A stretch of 60,809 nucleotides of DNA, counting the filler, from Sluysia triapertura (taxonomy: Eukaryota), in the NCBI GenBank assembly GCA_046118255.1. It is 5 parts of 5 records of this genome, joined end to end, with 100 filler letters (N's around TTAATTAATTAA, not from the genome) between each part and the next. Parts side by side here need not be neighbours in the genome. Positions count along the whole stretch, not along the records: positions 23,935 to 35,561 come from JBJNIA010182701.1; positions 35,662 to 47,759 come from JBJNIA010139837.1; 3 more parts are not named here. One strand, written 5' to 3'. A program made the translations under genes and the position numbers. How positions within the stretch are numbered: position 1 is the first letter of the stretch; the number at the start of each line of letters is the position of its first letter. The notes under the pieces were generated by a model, which ran no database searches, was not told the DNA's origin, and saw only the letters and a program-made list of their open reading frames with translations. This document shows positions 26,601-39,422 of the stretch, piece by piece.

Positions 26601-27892
26601 CGTTTGCTATTTCAGTTTCATATTGTGAAGACTCATATTAATAATAATAAATTCTATTTTGGTTTTTATTTAATAGTATATTATTGTTTTAGTTCTGATT
26701 TGATTGTCAAGAAATTTAAATTTGGTATAATAGTTATTAAATTTTATAATAGTTATAAAAGAAGATTACGGTAAAATTTTACTGGATATACTAATTATTG
26801 AAATTATTAAGGTTTAAACTGATAATTAAAAATATGCTAAAAAATTAAAATATTTAAAAACACCTATGTTAATTTAACATTATCATTTATATTAACTTTT
26901 AATTATTGATTGCAACGATTTTAATTAATTTTATTTCATTTTATACAATTATTTTTACGGATATCTTTTTGTAAATGCATAAATTAAAGTTTCATTTTAA
27001 TTTGTTTTTTGTTGATATTTAATATTTAAACCAATAGAAATAATAATAATATGCACTATTAATAACAATAACAATAACCTAATGTTACTGAAGATGGAAA
27101 TGAACCTGTCAATCCAACAGACGATAAATCAAGTTGTTCCAAACATTTGGAAAACCTGGTAATATAATTATTCAGCTGAAATGAATATAAAGATTGAGTA
27201 GTTATATTTGAAATGTGGATTTTTCTAGCACATATATAAGAAAGGAAAGACCAAGAGGATATGTGAAGTGATTGAATCTTGAATACACCAAGTCTTAATT
27301 CGGAAAAAATGATTTTCGACGATTTAGAATCGAAATTAAGATAATTTGGTGAATTGGACCAACTAAAATTAAAATAATAAAATTACATATATAATATTAT
27401 AATATAATACACGCTTAATATTGTAAATATTATTAAAGAATTTATTTACTGTTACATTTGATTTTTATTAACATTGTAAAAATATTTTAATAAGTTTAAT
27501 TTAATTGAAATTTTATTTATTAATGTTTTATTTTACTTTGTTTGCTGATGAATTCTTTATATCAGTTGAAAAACAATTTCTTTTATGGTTTATCCTGGAG
27601 GCCGAGTTCGTACTCGTCTCTTCTGTTAAAGATGGAAGTGCTACTTCTAACTTCTAACTACTGAATCTTATTTTTCAATTTTCCGAATCTAGAAAAAATT
27701 TTAATATATTTTTGATAACATTGATATTTGTCAAAGTTTTAAAGGTTTTAATTACAGTCAAATAGTAAACTTTGCATCAATAGATAAGAATAAAGTTATG
27801 CTTGGTAAATTTTGGGAAGTAATTATTGTTTTTATAATTTTAAATAAATAAAGATATAAATACATGCGAGATTTTTGGAAATTGTAAGTAAT

Positions 27893-27936
<44 letters not shown>

Positions 27937-29049
27937 GATAATAATAATAATGATGATGAAGATGATTAAGATGATGATGATGATAAATTTATATTTACAA
28001 TGACTGAAACGCGCTTAAAATATTATTTCTAAAATAACTCATCACGTATCTTATTATCACTGTGTTTTTTGCATAAATTCCTACATCTTAAAAACATTCA
28101 TTTTATTTATTTTTGATTATCTCCAAGAAATATTTAAAATATACATAACATAAACATTTATAAATGTTTGTCATGACTTTGAATTTAATTCTTACTTTTA
28201 TTGGTAACCAGCGTAATTCATGAGATAAGGTATTATAAGATCTCTTTTTTAATTTAAAAAGAGGTCTTGACGATTAATTGGTATTTATAATTTATAAGTG
28301 TTAATTGTATGTATATTTATTATTAATTAAATATTAATAAATTATGTGAATGAAAAATTATTTTCAAAATACTTTACAAAATATTTTCAGACTTATTTAT
28401 GTTAGATTATTCTTTAAGAAAATTATTTTTTGTAATTATAATTTAAAATTGATTTAACATGAAAACTATTCAACCCATAACATTATTTTGGAGATGGCGT
28501 TATATATTTTTGTTTTCACGCTTAAATTGATTATTTAAAATTTCTACAAAATAGAGATCAAAAAAAGAATAGTAGATAAATGCAAAATGGTGTGCGAAAT
28601 ATAAGATTTTGCTATAAAAATGGTGCAACGGTAGTGTAAAAAGTTTAAAATAAAATATAGATTTAATCACCCAAATATTAAGTGCTACAAAGATATCCAT
28701 TGTTCGAATATTATCAAGTGAGTTTCATATTTATCAATCCAGTGTATTTCAAAGTTTGAAAATGCTAGGAATGACTAATAAGTGTCGCTTAGAAATAAAA
28801 TTTGACTTTACTGAAAATTAAAGAAACCAAATATAAATTTGCGTCATTTAAATTAACTTTATATTAACTTTATATTCAAAAATTCAGTAAATCAAAATAT
28901 TATGCATAATGCAAATAATTTAATCAAACAATTATGGTAAATGAATCTAACAAATCTTTTGACTATTCGACATTGCTAATAATAATTTATTAACAATACA
29001 ACTATGATATGTTAATATTATAAATCATTATTAAATAATGAACAATCAA

Positions 29050-30260
29050 CTTTCACATAATACTAATAACAAGAAAACCACTCGATGAACCAAGGGTAGC
29101 GCAACCAAAAATTTAGAAATAAATATCAATAAAAATTAAAAGCGTATTTCCCACAAATATTTACAATTCAAAATTACAAAGTAAAAATTAAAATAGTAAA
29201 TCGTCATTACCAATAAATTTTGATCAAATAATGCTTAATATTGTCATTATTATTGTGCTAAAATTTTTAACTATTTTCTTTAAAATTTTCTCAATAACCA
29301 ATCACTCTTCAGTTTTACAATCAAACATTCGCCCAAACAAATCAATAGAACATCCTTTGAGGATTACACCGAAAATATAGCTTTGACAATTACATGGTAC
29401 AGCCTGTCAGACTTTATTAGGTACGTAACATAAAAATTTGATTATTGATCAACAATTATTTTATTTTACTCTACTTTTACTTAAATTACTTCTCGTTAAA
29501 ATAACGATCATTAATATTGTCAACACATATTAAAAAATAATGAATTTAAATTTAATTTTTTGGATTCAATTGATTTTCAGTTTTTCTACCCAAATTTTCC
29601 AATGGAAAATGTTTAAGGTTCTTATTGAAAAGCAGTTCGTTCTTCACACATATCAAATTAATTACTTGATTTTCCTCTTTCATAGTAATTCATCTCTTCA
29701 ATTCATTGTTTTTCAACATTCTATAATTGAGAATTAATTAAATTTTGACTTTGCTCAACATTAAGGCTTTCATTACATGAATTCGACCAAACCATATCTT
29801 CATCGAAAGATATTTTTAAAAAATGGTATAAAGTTACAACTTTGACATAGCAGTCCGCAGTTAAACATTATTCATAAAAAGCACTTTTTCTTAATTAAGT
29901 TAATTTAACATTTTAATTAATTAATCTATTTTTAGACTTGATCTTATTTTATACTTAAAGGTTTTATTAAGGTTCTAAAGTTGTTTAATAAGGAATTCAG
30001 GGTATTCTAAATACTTTTACTTTCACCACTTTGAATCGGTTTTCTCAAGATTCACAAGTTCAAAGGTACTTTAAAGCTTCAAAATGTTTTCCAAAACTTT
30101 CTGAAGCTTCCTAAAGGATCTCAAAACTATGTAAGGTCTGTGGGATTCCAAAATAAATGCAAATATTTTCAACTTCATCATTTATTATGATTTATTATGC
30201 TTTATCCATCATTTTATTTCAATTTTCCAATTCCACTTCTTTCCTACACATTTCTTACTC
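29050..30260 (-). repeat. Long repeat family C, copy 3 (more diverged)
   Basis: ctttgacaattacatggtacagcctgtcagac corresponds to rc of 25836-25866; catgaattcgaccaaaccatatcttcatcgaaag resembles 12971-13004. Confidence 0.8.
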
Positions 30261-30969
30261 CACAGATGAGTAATAGCAGTTATTTGATTAAATACAATTT
30301 TTTAAAAGGTTTATTACTAGATACAAAAAGTGAAAATTAATGTTTAGATAAATAAGATATTGGTGACTCGGTCACTAAAAGGTAACAATTTATGCTTTGA
30401 TAGAATTTTGAGGGTATATTTAACTTTGAATTTATTCTTGTATGCATTGTGATGTATAATGTAATCACATAATATAATTAAATTTTCTCAACGTAATAGG
30501 TCAACATAAACAAAATTGTACTTCAACAAAATAATAACAAACCTCACACTTCGTCACAAACATATTATTAGAAAGTCCTGATGAGTTAATTATACATCCA
30601 GTTTCTTCAGACTATTACTTGTTTCGGTCAGTGACTCATATTTTTTACTAAACAGCTACATTGTTGTTGGCAAGACTGTTTAAGATTTATTTCGTTTAAT
30701 ATTTTGAATCAAAGTATTATACTTTTTATTTTTTCCAAAATAGTACATTATTTTTGAGTCATCTTAACGTATGATAAATCATTTTATTATATTTCGAATT
30801 TATTAATTCTTTAAAATGCGTATTTTGTATTTTAAAATGATTTTTTTAATTATAGTTTTTTTTAAGAACTATAAAAATAAATATTTATTTAAAACGTGTA
30901 TTAATATGTTTGAATTATTTAATACACTATTGTTGTGATTTTCCTTTTTTAGTTTTTAAAAAAATAATA

Positions 30970-33200
30970 TTAGAAAAACCTGATCACTTTCAATGATTTC
31001 AAAACTGGTTTTATTAAAGTTTCTAATTGATTAGCTGTAATAGTCACTCGATCAAGTTTTAAATCACTGAATCTAGGCTGATTTTTTAGCAATCCATTAC
31101 TTATATGCTCCAGATGTTTCAAATGAATAAGTTCCAAATTTATTATGTTTGTTATTGAATAAAATATTTGTCTAATACGAATAATTGGCATATTTTCTGG
31201 AAAAGTAAACTAAATCAATATTATCATTTCATATAGTTTGATTAAAATTATTTGAGAAGAGTTTATAAGTTATTCTCTTTATAACTAACTAGTTTCGTTA
31301 AATCAATACTAAATTATTTCAAAATTTAATAAAAAGCACCATTATAGATTAAATATTTATTTTTGGCTAAAAAATATTTCAATAAAAATAGTGATAATTT
31401 TTATATATATCTAAAATTTCAAAATTCGTTTATAAACTACTTCTAACTTTCTCAAAACATTTCTCGTAAATCTATTTATTGATTTAAGTGAATAAATATT
31501 AACTATTGACATAATTAAAATAATTTAAAAGAATCATAATTATAATAAATATTTGCTGCTTAACATTGCATTTTGTAAATAATTATTTATGAACATAAAG
31601 GCATTTGTTTGTTTGTTATTTGTTTCACTTACTGTGGCTTGAAATCATCATAATTAAAATCAAAAAACAAAAATAAAAACATATTAACCTGAAACACAAG
31701 TATTTGCTTTTTTTGATAAAAGTATCAAAATTAATTTACAATTAATTTATAAATTTAACATAAAATCTTGACTGTAAGCCTTATCATAAAGCAGCAATAT
31801 TCGTCTTATTTTATCATTTATAGGATATTTAACAGATATTTTCGATGCATTAGATTTATTAACTAGAATAATTTCGTAATGTCTTATATCATCATAGTTT
31901 CACCAAATTATTGTAATAAACTTTTTATCGAAGTTTTTCATCTTTATTGCTGATTTGTAAGTATCATTTTCGTCTAACCAATACTAAGACTTGCTAGGAT
32001 TGTTAAAGAAAACTTTTGTATTATCATAGAATACAATTTACTTGAAAAATAATCTGTGTAGAACACGTTCTAACGAAGTTTTTCTATTTTTAATTCTTTG
32101 ATTTTTTAGGAATCGGCTAAATTATGGTTTATTTATTTAAGCTTATTTATTAAATGAAAGCACAAGATCGAATACTTGGAAGTTCGTAATGACTTCACAT
32201 TATACGACTTAGGATTTCATTTTGAATTCGCATAAATGATAGGTTTTGTCAAGTTAGCAGAAATGATATGTAAGTTTATACAGTATATTGGAAGGTAATG
32301 ACAAATATTCACAAATTCATTCTTTAGTTTTATTTCAGTGTACGAATATTCCAGGTTAATAATTCTGATTTGAGTGCTGATAGTAGATCTTCAATACTAT
32401 TTATTTTTGTCTTCTATATTTTTAATATGCTCTCACCAAGTTCATGTCTTTGATCGATTATGCATCTAGTGCTGATTATACTTCATCCTCAGATTTAAGA
32501 CAAATTTTGTCATTGCCAATGTAGGATTAGTTGAAAATGAACAACTAATATACTTTAACATATAAATGGTCTTCTTATGCTTCATTTCTGCATTAGAACA
32601 CATAACTGATATTTCTCAAATTTAGTGTTACTGTACATTCTCATTATAGCCAACTTGTTGTGGTTTAATACTTGATTATTGTGATTTCGAACATTAATAT
32701 TCAAATTTAATAATATTTAAATATTTAATATTTATATTCTGGCTATTATTCAAGGATTAGTACTTATTAGGTCGAAAATTCAAGTTAACATATCCAACAT
32801 AATTTGTGTGACATATTTATCGATGCTACATCATCTAGATATAGCGAATTTTATGGAAACCCATAACCCCTGATTTTAAAATTAGTTCTAAGATTATGAA
32901 ACACATAAACAATGTTTAAAATTAGTCATTAATAATGGACAATCCTAATTAAATTCGTATTTTATATTTACAGCTTTTGTAAGTAAACTACTATATATGC
33001 ATCTAGTTTAGAAAATTTTTGCTAGTGTTCAGTTATTAACGACATCATAAGGAATCAAGCCAAATTCATTCATCTGTCGAAGTATTATTAACAGGCATTA
33101 ACCAATGATATCTGATATTAATTATCCAATAAATATGTTCGAGTATTGTTAACTTTGACAAAGGAAAGTTGAATGGAGCATGTTCATCACCAATAATTGA
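30970..33200 (-). pseudogene. Decayed leucine-rich-repeat-like gene
   Basis: Exon-like segment 30976-31196 (ttccag acceptor) encodes NIINLELIHLKHLEHISNGLLKNQPRFSDLKLDRVTI with LRR-like spacing. Upstream frames carry stops and fragments such as ELPSIRSCAF. Confidence 0.35.
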
Positions 33201-33419
33201 AAAGTTGAGCAAATAAATTTAAAATAAATTTAAATTTTAAAATATGCGAAACATTAAATCAATCAATAACCGTTTATAATTGTTATTTTTGTATTTTTAA
33301 AAGAATTTAATATTATTTGCTCTAGTCAAACATTGTATTATTTAATTAACTTATAATAAACTCAAAAAGAGCATACTTTTGCAAGAAATGTGTGTGTAGA
33401 ATAAAGCGACTTAAATAAT

Positions 33420-34110
33420 AATAAGTGAGTCCACCAACGTATTGGGCTTACGAACTTAATGGCCAACCGTTGGATTTTAAAATCAATTATCAAAAATCTA
33501 ATTTAATATGATTAAATAGTTTATTTAATATTTTAGGTCTTTTATTGGATTTTAAGTGATTTCAATAATTTAAAAATAAAATAAGCAAAAGATTTTAATG
33601 AGATTCGATTATACGAACCTTTTTAGTGTTAAGAGTTTAATAAGGTTCAATGAAAGTGAACCTGTTGATTATTTTAATGTGATTCTCAAAGGAACCAGTG
33701 TTTAATTTTAAATATTGTAATAAGTAATTAGGAAAATTTTATTAAATACAAAAATGTATGATACAAGATTCAATAATAATACAAAATTAAATATAATATT
33801 TATAATCGATTACAATAGACTATTTTATAAATAATCTGAAATGATAATTTTAATAAATATTTTAATATGCTATCGATAAATCATAGCAAAAATTTAAATG
33901 AATTTTACGTAATATTTTGGAAATCCAATATTATAAATTGCGAAAGAACTTAAAATAAAAACTAACGAATATAACAATTATTAAAACGATCCTTGAATCC
34001 TTCCAAGTGAAAGTCAAAGCTGAACTGCGAAAACGTTTAAAAATATTGCAAAACTTGTATGAAAAATTGTGTGAACTATCTTAAATGGTCAGTGCTTTTA
34101 TATTTATTTG
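33420..34110. repeat. Unclassified interspersed repeat family A, copy 2
   Basis: Colinear similarity to 190-1200. Confidence 0.55.
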
Positions 34111-34583
34111 AATGTCCTTGAAACAATAAAATCTTTAAATAATTAAAACAATAAATAATGATTTTAGTAATAATGATTTTAGTAAAATAATATTAATAAT
34201 TTTTAAAATAATATTAATAATTTTTTATCAATAATAATAATAAAATAATATCAACAATAACAATAAAATAATAAATAATTTTCAAAACAATAAAATAATA
34301 TCAACCTGAATGACATGACGATTCCAAATAATTGAATATTAAAATTATAAATAAATTCCAAATAATTTTAAAATTACAATTAATACGTTCCAACTTATAT
34401 AATTATATATTTAATTTAACTGATTATTAAATCTATATTAAATCTAGTTTACAATTAGAATTAGACCTTGATATTTTACGTTTACTACGCTTACATTAGA
34501 CCTTGATCTTTTACATTATTATTATTATTATTATTATTATCATTATTATTATTATTAAATAAATGTCGATTAAACTGGTCGCT

Positions 34584-34753
34584 ACCACCACCAGTTTTGA
34601 CACAAATGTTACATTTTTCATTAAAGTGCCAACACTGATGATGGTCAATCATAAGATCAATAATTTCAGTGTCAAAATACCACTTACATTATACGTCATC
34701 CAATCAGTACTTATCATTCGCTTTAATCATTATTAAAGACCTGATTGGATGAC
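34584..34753. other. Twin-hairpin element, copy 1
   Basis: IR1 34584-34603/34626-34645 (16/20); IR2 34695-34707/34741-34753 (13/13 perfect). Confidence 0.85.
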
Positions 34754-34818
34754 CAATAATAACGTCGTTGTTAAAAAATAGTAAAAATAGAAACAAGTTT
34801 TGCCAGAAAATAATTAAA

Positions 34819-35561
34819 ATGATTACTCTCAAAAATTTCTCTCAAAGATTAATCTCAAGTTAGCGTTTTTCGTTAAGCAAATTAAATATCGAGAGATTGC
34901 TCTCAAATCTTATTTTTATACGGGATAATATTTTCAAAAATTTACAATTAATAATGATGCAACAAGATTTAGATATCATACGAAGTGATGTACATCGAAT
35001 TGAAAATTCATCGATTAAACTAGAACGAAGAAAGTTAACAGATGAACAAGTTCATCAAAAAATTCATCAAACTTATAAAATCTTAACCAACCAATCGGAT
35101 AACATAAAACTAATTAAAGATGAAGTAGAAACCTCTAATAATAAAGACTTTGATAATAGTCTATGTATCGTCTGCAACCAATATTATGCATATCGAAGTT
35201 ATAAAGTTTCACTTACTCCTCATGATGAATTACAACAAGCACATGCCGAAACATTGACACGAATGAGCATAAATGATTTAATTATAGATTGGTTAATACA
35301 AGACGCTATTAGAAGTAACCTTTTTCGTTTTATTAGAAAGTTTATAATCCTTTTATTGAATTACTTTGATGATTCTGGCGAAAATTTGTATAAAGACAAT
35401 TGTTCTTCGGAAATACTTCGTAAATTCCATTAACTTAAACAGAAACTTCTGAACGTGTTAAAAGATCTTCTGTCAACTATGCATAGATCATCATTTCACA
35501 AAGAAAAAGTTAATTTAGTCGTAATGTTAGAAAAGAAATTATTTGTAGCCATGAAATCAAT
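34819..35561 (+). pseudogene. Intronless ORF of unknown family (coiled-coil, CxxC, helical) with two premature stops; runs off the contig
   Basis: ATG 34819 is in frame with track ORF 34897-35433. TAG at 34861 and TAA at 35431 interrupt an otherwise open frame to the contig end. Contains LCIVCNQ. Confidence 0.6.
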
Positions 35562-35661
35562 NNNNNNNNNNNNNNNNNNNNNNNNNNNNNNNNNNNNNNN
35601 NNNNNTTAATTAATTAANNNNNNNNNNNNNNNNNNNNNNNNNNNNNNNNNNNNNNNNNNNN
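35562..35661. other. Artificial contig linker
   Basis: Same structure. Confidence 0.97.
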
Positions 35662-35736
<75 letters not shown>

Positions 35737-36655
35737 ATGACTATTATGCACCATATCAATGCTGTTGGTTATGTACGAAAATTACATATACTCATATGAT
35801 CATTAAATTATTTTTTCATTTTATTTTCATAAATTTTAATGCTATATTTTAACGTTATATTTAATTAAATAAATATCAGATTCGGAATAAATTCTTTCAT
35901 TCTATATTTGCTACTAGTTTATCCGATTATATATGGCAAGAAAATCCTTCTTAACTCTTTAGGTTTAATTAAATAAAATTTTTTGTCATCTACATAATTT
36001 TAATAAATAAATTTGGATGATAACTTCCGTCGAATTTCTGTCAACGAAGAATCATTTTATCTTATTAAGGTAACAAAATCGAAATTTACCATGATTATTA
36101 TAATAATGATTATTGTTTAAACGATGTATTAACTTAAACATAAAATCAATTAAATATAAAATTTCTTTTCCTTAATAATTTTCAATAATCTGCGTGATTT
36201 GGTATTTTAGTGAGGATTAATGCAGATATATACTTTGATTGTACTTGAGCATTACAACTTATTTAAATTTAGCTTTACATTACAGAAAATTAATTAAGCG
36301 ATAATTTTTTGCGTTATTTTCGTCGACGTGTTTCTTATCACTTCAATATTACATCTTACATAAAATCATTAAATCAAAACAATTTTTAATTAAATTAATT
36401 AATAAAAGTACTTTTATATTTTTAAGAATAGGTTTTCTTTTCGCATCTCTTTTTATTCTTTCTTTTTAATTAACACATTTAAAAATAAATCCCATAACAT
36501 ACACAATCAATTATGGTATTTTATTTTATTCTTTCAATAATAATCGTTTTATTCTTATATTACAAATTATAAAGCTAATGCCTACTTTCACCTTTGAAAA
36601 AACCAAACATTATTTTACTAATATTATTATATAATTTGCACTATTATTATTACCA

Positions 36656-36712
<57 letters not shown>

Positions 36713-36971
36713 GTATTTTATTCATTAGTTTTTAGTTCTAACCATAGCACTTAAAGCATATTTTTAGTTTCCACATACGATTAAATGTACTATCCAAAAA
36801 TATTAAATTTAGACGACATTGTCTCATTACTAAAGCATATAATGCATCTCATTTAATAATTGTTGAATAATTAAAAAAATATAATTTATTAATGATTATA
36901 GCCTTTAATTGGATTATGACAAAAAGATTTAATTATCAAATAAACAACATTTAATTAAAAAAAAGTAATTT

Positions 36972-37545
36972 TAGGGTATGACAGAAATATGACAACACTT
37001 AGTTTAATTATTAATTAACATTAACATTAAAATTTTTTAATAGCCAATAAAGTCACCATTCTTCTTTTAGATTTCAATAAGTCTTTTAGGCATTGAGCTA
37101 ACTAGACTTTTCATCTCCTCAAGGCCGGTGTCTTCCCAAGCAGAAAGAATGACTGCTTTCAAATCTTTTACATTGTCAAATTGGCGTCCATTCAGATAAA
37201 CCTTCCGAACGAGTGGTTTAAGCCAGGGCTACAATATGACCAACTCAAAATCCGAATTTAGTTATTTTCAAACCATTTAGTTGTCTCAGCTGAGCAATGG
37301 ACTTGTTGCAAGATTCAGTTTCGGCCTCCAGTTTGACCTCCAACGGGGATGAGAAAGTCATTGAGTGTTTCAATATACTTCTATGAGTTTTGTTTGCTGT
37401 CTAAGAACACAATTTCTGTTTTCCCATTCAAACTAAAGGCTGCCCAAACCATCACCGAACCACCTCCGAATTCACGTTTTTTGAAGTACTCCAAACTCTT
37501 CCTCAGGTCATGTCAGTAAAACTGGAATCCATCGGATCATCAAGA
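36972..37545 (-). mobile_element. Tc3-like (Tc1/mariner) transposase remnant
   Basis: DGFQFY*HDLRK...KREFGGGSVMVWAAFS...ILSWSYCSPGLN...LVRKVYLNGRQFDNVKDLKAVILSAWE...LVSSMPKRLIEI*KKNG. Confidence 0.92.
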
Positions 37546-37559
37546 TAAACAATATAAAC

Positions 37560-38160
37560 ATTGTCTTTGAAAAACCACTAACGTATTTTAAAATTACAAG
37601 CAACACAAACATTATATTTGAAGAACCACCAACGCCCCTCAAAACTAAAGACAACATAAACGTTCTCTTGACATTATCAAGAGCAACTTTTAAAATATCA
37701 AACTCATTACAATATAATTTCCATTGATTCAAAGAAGACTTCTTAGCATTTAAAAATCCATAAATATTGTAAACTAAACGGCCATAGTATCAAGACCAGT
37801 CTTTTGTATCATTAAGACTTGATTAACCATATTATAAAAGCTGTGTATTTGACAAAATGCGTGTACAACTTTAATATCATGTGCATGTAAATATGAACGA
37901 ATAGGTTCATTATAAAATTTAATGTAAGGATGAGAATGTTGATCTTTTTGGAAATTCGGATTATTTAATTCAGTATGCCACGAAAATGCAATAATCTGTT
38001 ATTATATCTTTATCAGCTAATTGCATAAATTCACGTAATAAACATTTGATATACTCATTTTTTGAATTACTAACGCGAAACCGTATTGAAATATTCGTCA
38101 AATCTGAATGTGTGATTAATAGAATTTCTAATAGAATTCTCATTCCGAATATATTCATTA
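37560..38160 (-). mobile_element. Decayed rolling-circle Rep-like sequence (HUH endonuclease plus degenerate P-loop)
   Basis: Ordered motifs across frameshifts: ILLITHSDL (motif I-like), YCIFVAY/ELNNPNFQKDQHSHPYIKF (motif II-like), WKLYCNE (motif III-like), SLVLRGVGGSSNIMF (degenerate Walker A). Confidence 0.45.
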
Positions 38161-38424
38161 AATTGTTGAAATTTTGGAAAATATTCCATGTAAAATGAAT
38201 AAACCTCAAAACGACAATTCAAACTCATATCATAAATAGATTTTTTAAAAAGTAATAATTTTAAAACAAATTAGATTAATAATTTTTTAATTTTAATTCT
38301 GTTCTTAATCATTTAATTTTATATTTTAGATTGTTCCAGAAGGTTTTTTATATAATAATTAATTATACAATCAAGCATAATATAAATGATAATAAAGTGG
38401 CACAGATTATTATTATTATTTCTA

Positions 38425-38559
38425 CTATAATCCTTCTTTAAAGCTTTAATTTCGTTTGTTTCTAACTTTTTAGCTTTATAAACGGTTCCGTATGTGCCAG
38501 CACCAATTTTTTTGAATATTAGTATAATTTAAGCAAGACTTGTTAAAGCGGTCATCCAT
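38425..38559 (-). pseudogene. CDK-like protein kinase N-terminal fragment
   Basis: MDDRFNKSCLNYTNIQK / IGAGTYGTVYKAKKLETNEIKALK: Gly-loop plus ALK, with a +1 frameshift in an A7 run; no downstream kinase exons found. Confidence 0.75.
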
Positions 38560-39422
38560 TTTTTAAAATTAAATCACATCACGAATCAATATGTATTATA
38601 ATTGCCAATAATTGTTCTAAATAAAATTGTTCTAGGCTTCTGTTATTTCTGTAATATATTGAATAAAGATGGTAAAAATAATTCCTGTCAATTTCATACG
38701 TCATACTTTGTGTAGCAATAAAACAGTTAATTTTTATATGCATGACTAGAGGTATTGTACTATATTATTTACTATCACGAGTAATATGCCGAATAATATA
38801 GCAATGATTGTACAAAATTATATAGAAATCATTAATTGAGGATAAAATATGACTTAGGAGTATTGAATGTACTGTCATACTTTCAAATTCTACAGTTTTG
38901 AAAGATTAATCGCATTAAAACAAAATTGACGTGAGACGTATCGGTATTGCGTACAAAACATATTGTTTTCCTCTGAGCACTGCCTGATATTAGGAGTAGC
39001 GTGCCTTTTGTTCTTATCATTTCTCAAAATTAACTTCTTTAATTTTCGTTTGAAGTAGTTTCATGCAATGTAGAAATTTTCATGATGTATTTCAAAATAA
39101 TAGGTGGACATGTTGGGAATGGCTCTTTCGACCGAAAGTCTATTAGATTCAAAAAATTAAATATTCTACATAAAGGAATAGTTTTATATGACTATGTATA
39201 AAACGCTACAATTATAAAACTGAAAAAGCATTTTGGCAAAATTGAAACTGAATTTGATTTATTAAGGTTTTCCGTTTCAAAAGGTGATAACTGTAAATTT
39301 TTATCTCCTAGTTGATCATTCATATTTTCTTGTAATTTTGCATCTGACATAGATTGATGCTCTTCGATGTTCGAAATACTTACTGGCAGTACGGTTGTTT
39401 TCTTTTATTATTGTCCAAATAG

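Noticed and set aside
38545-38559. The CDK fragment and BRAP both begin MDDRF
   Set aside because: Only five residues match, the codons differ, and flanking similarity is absent; most likely coincidence.
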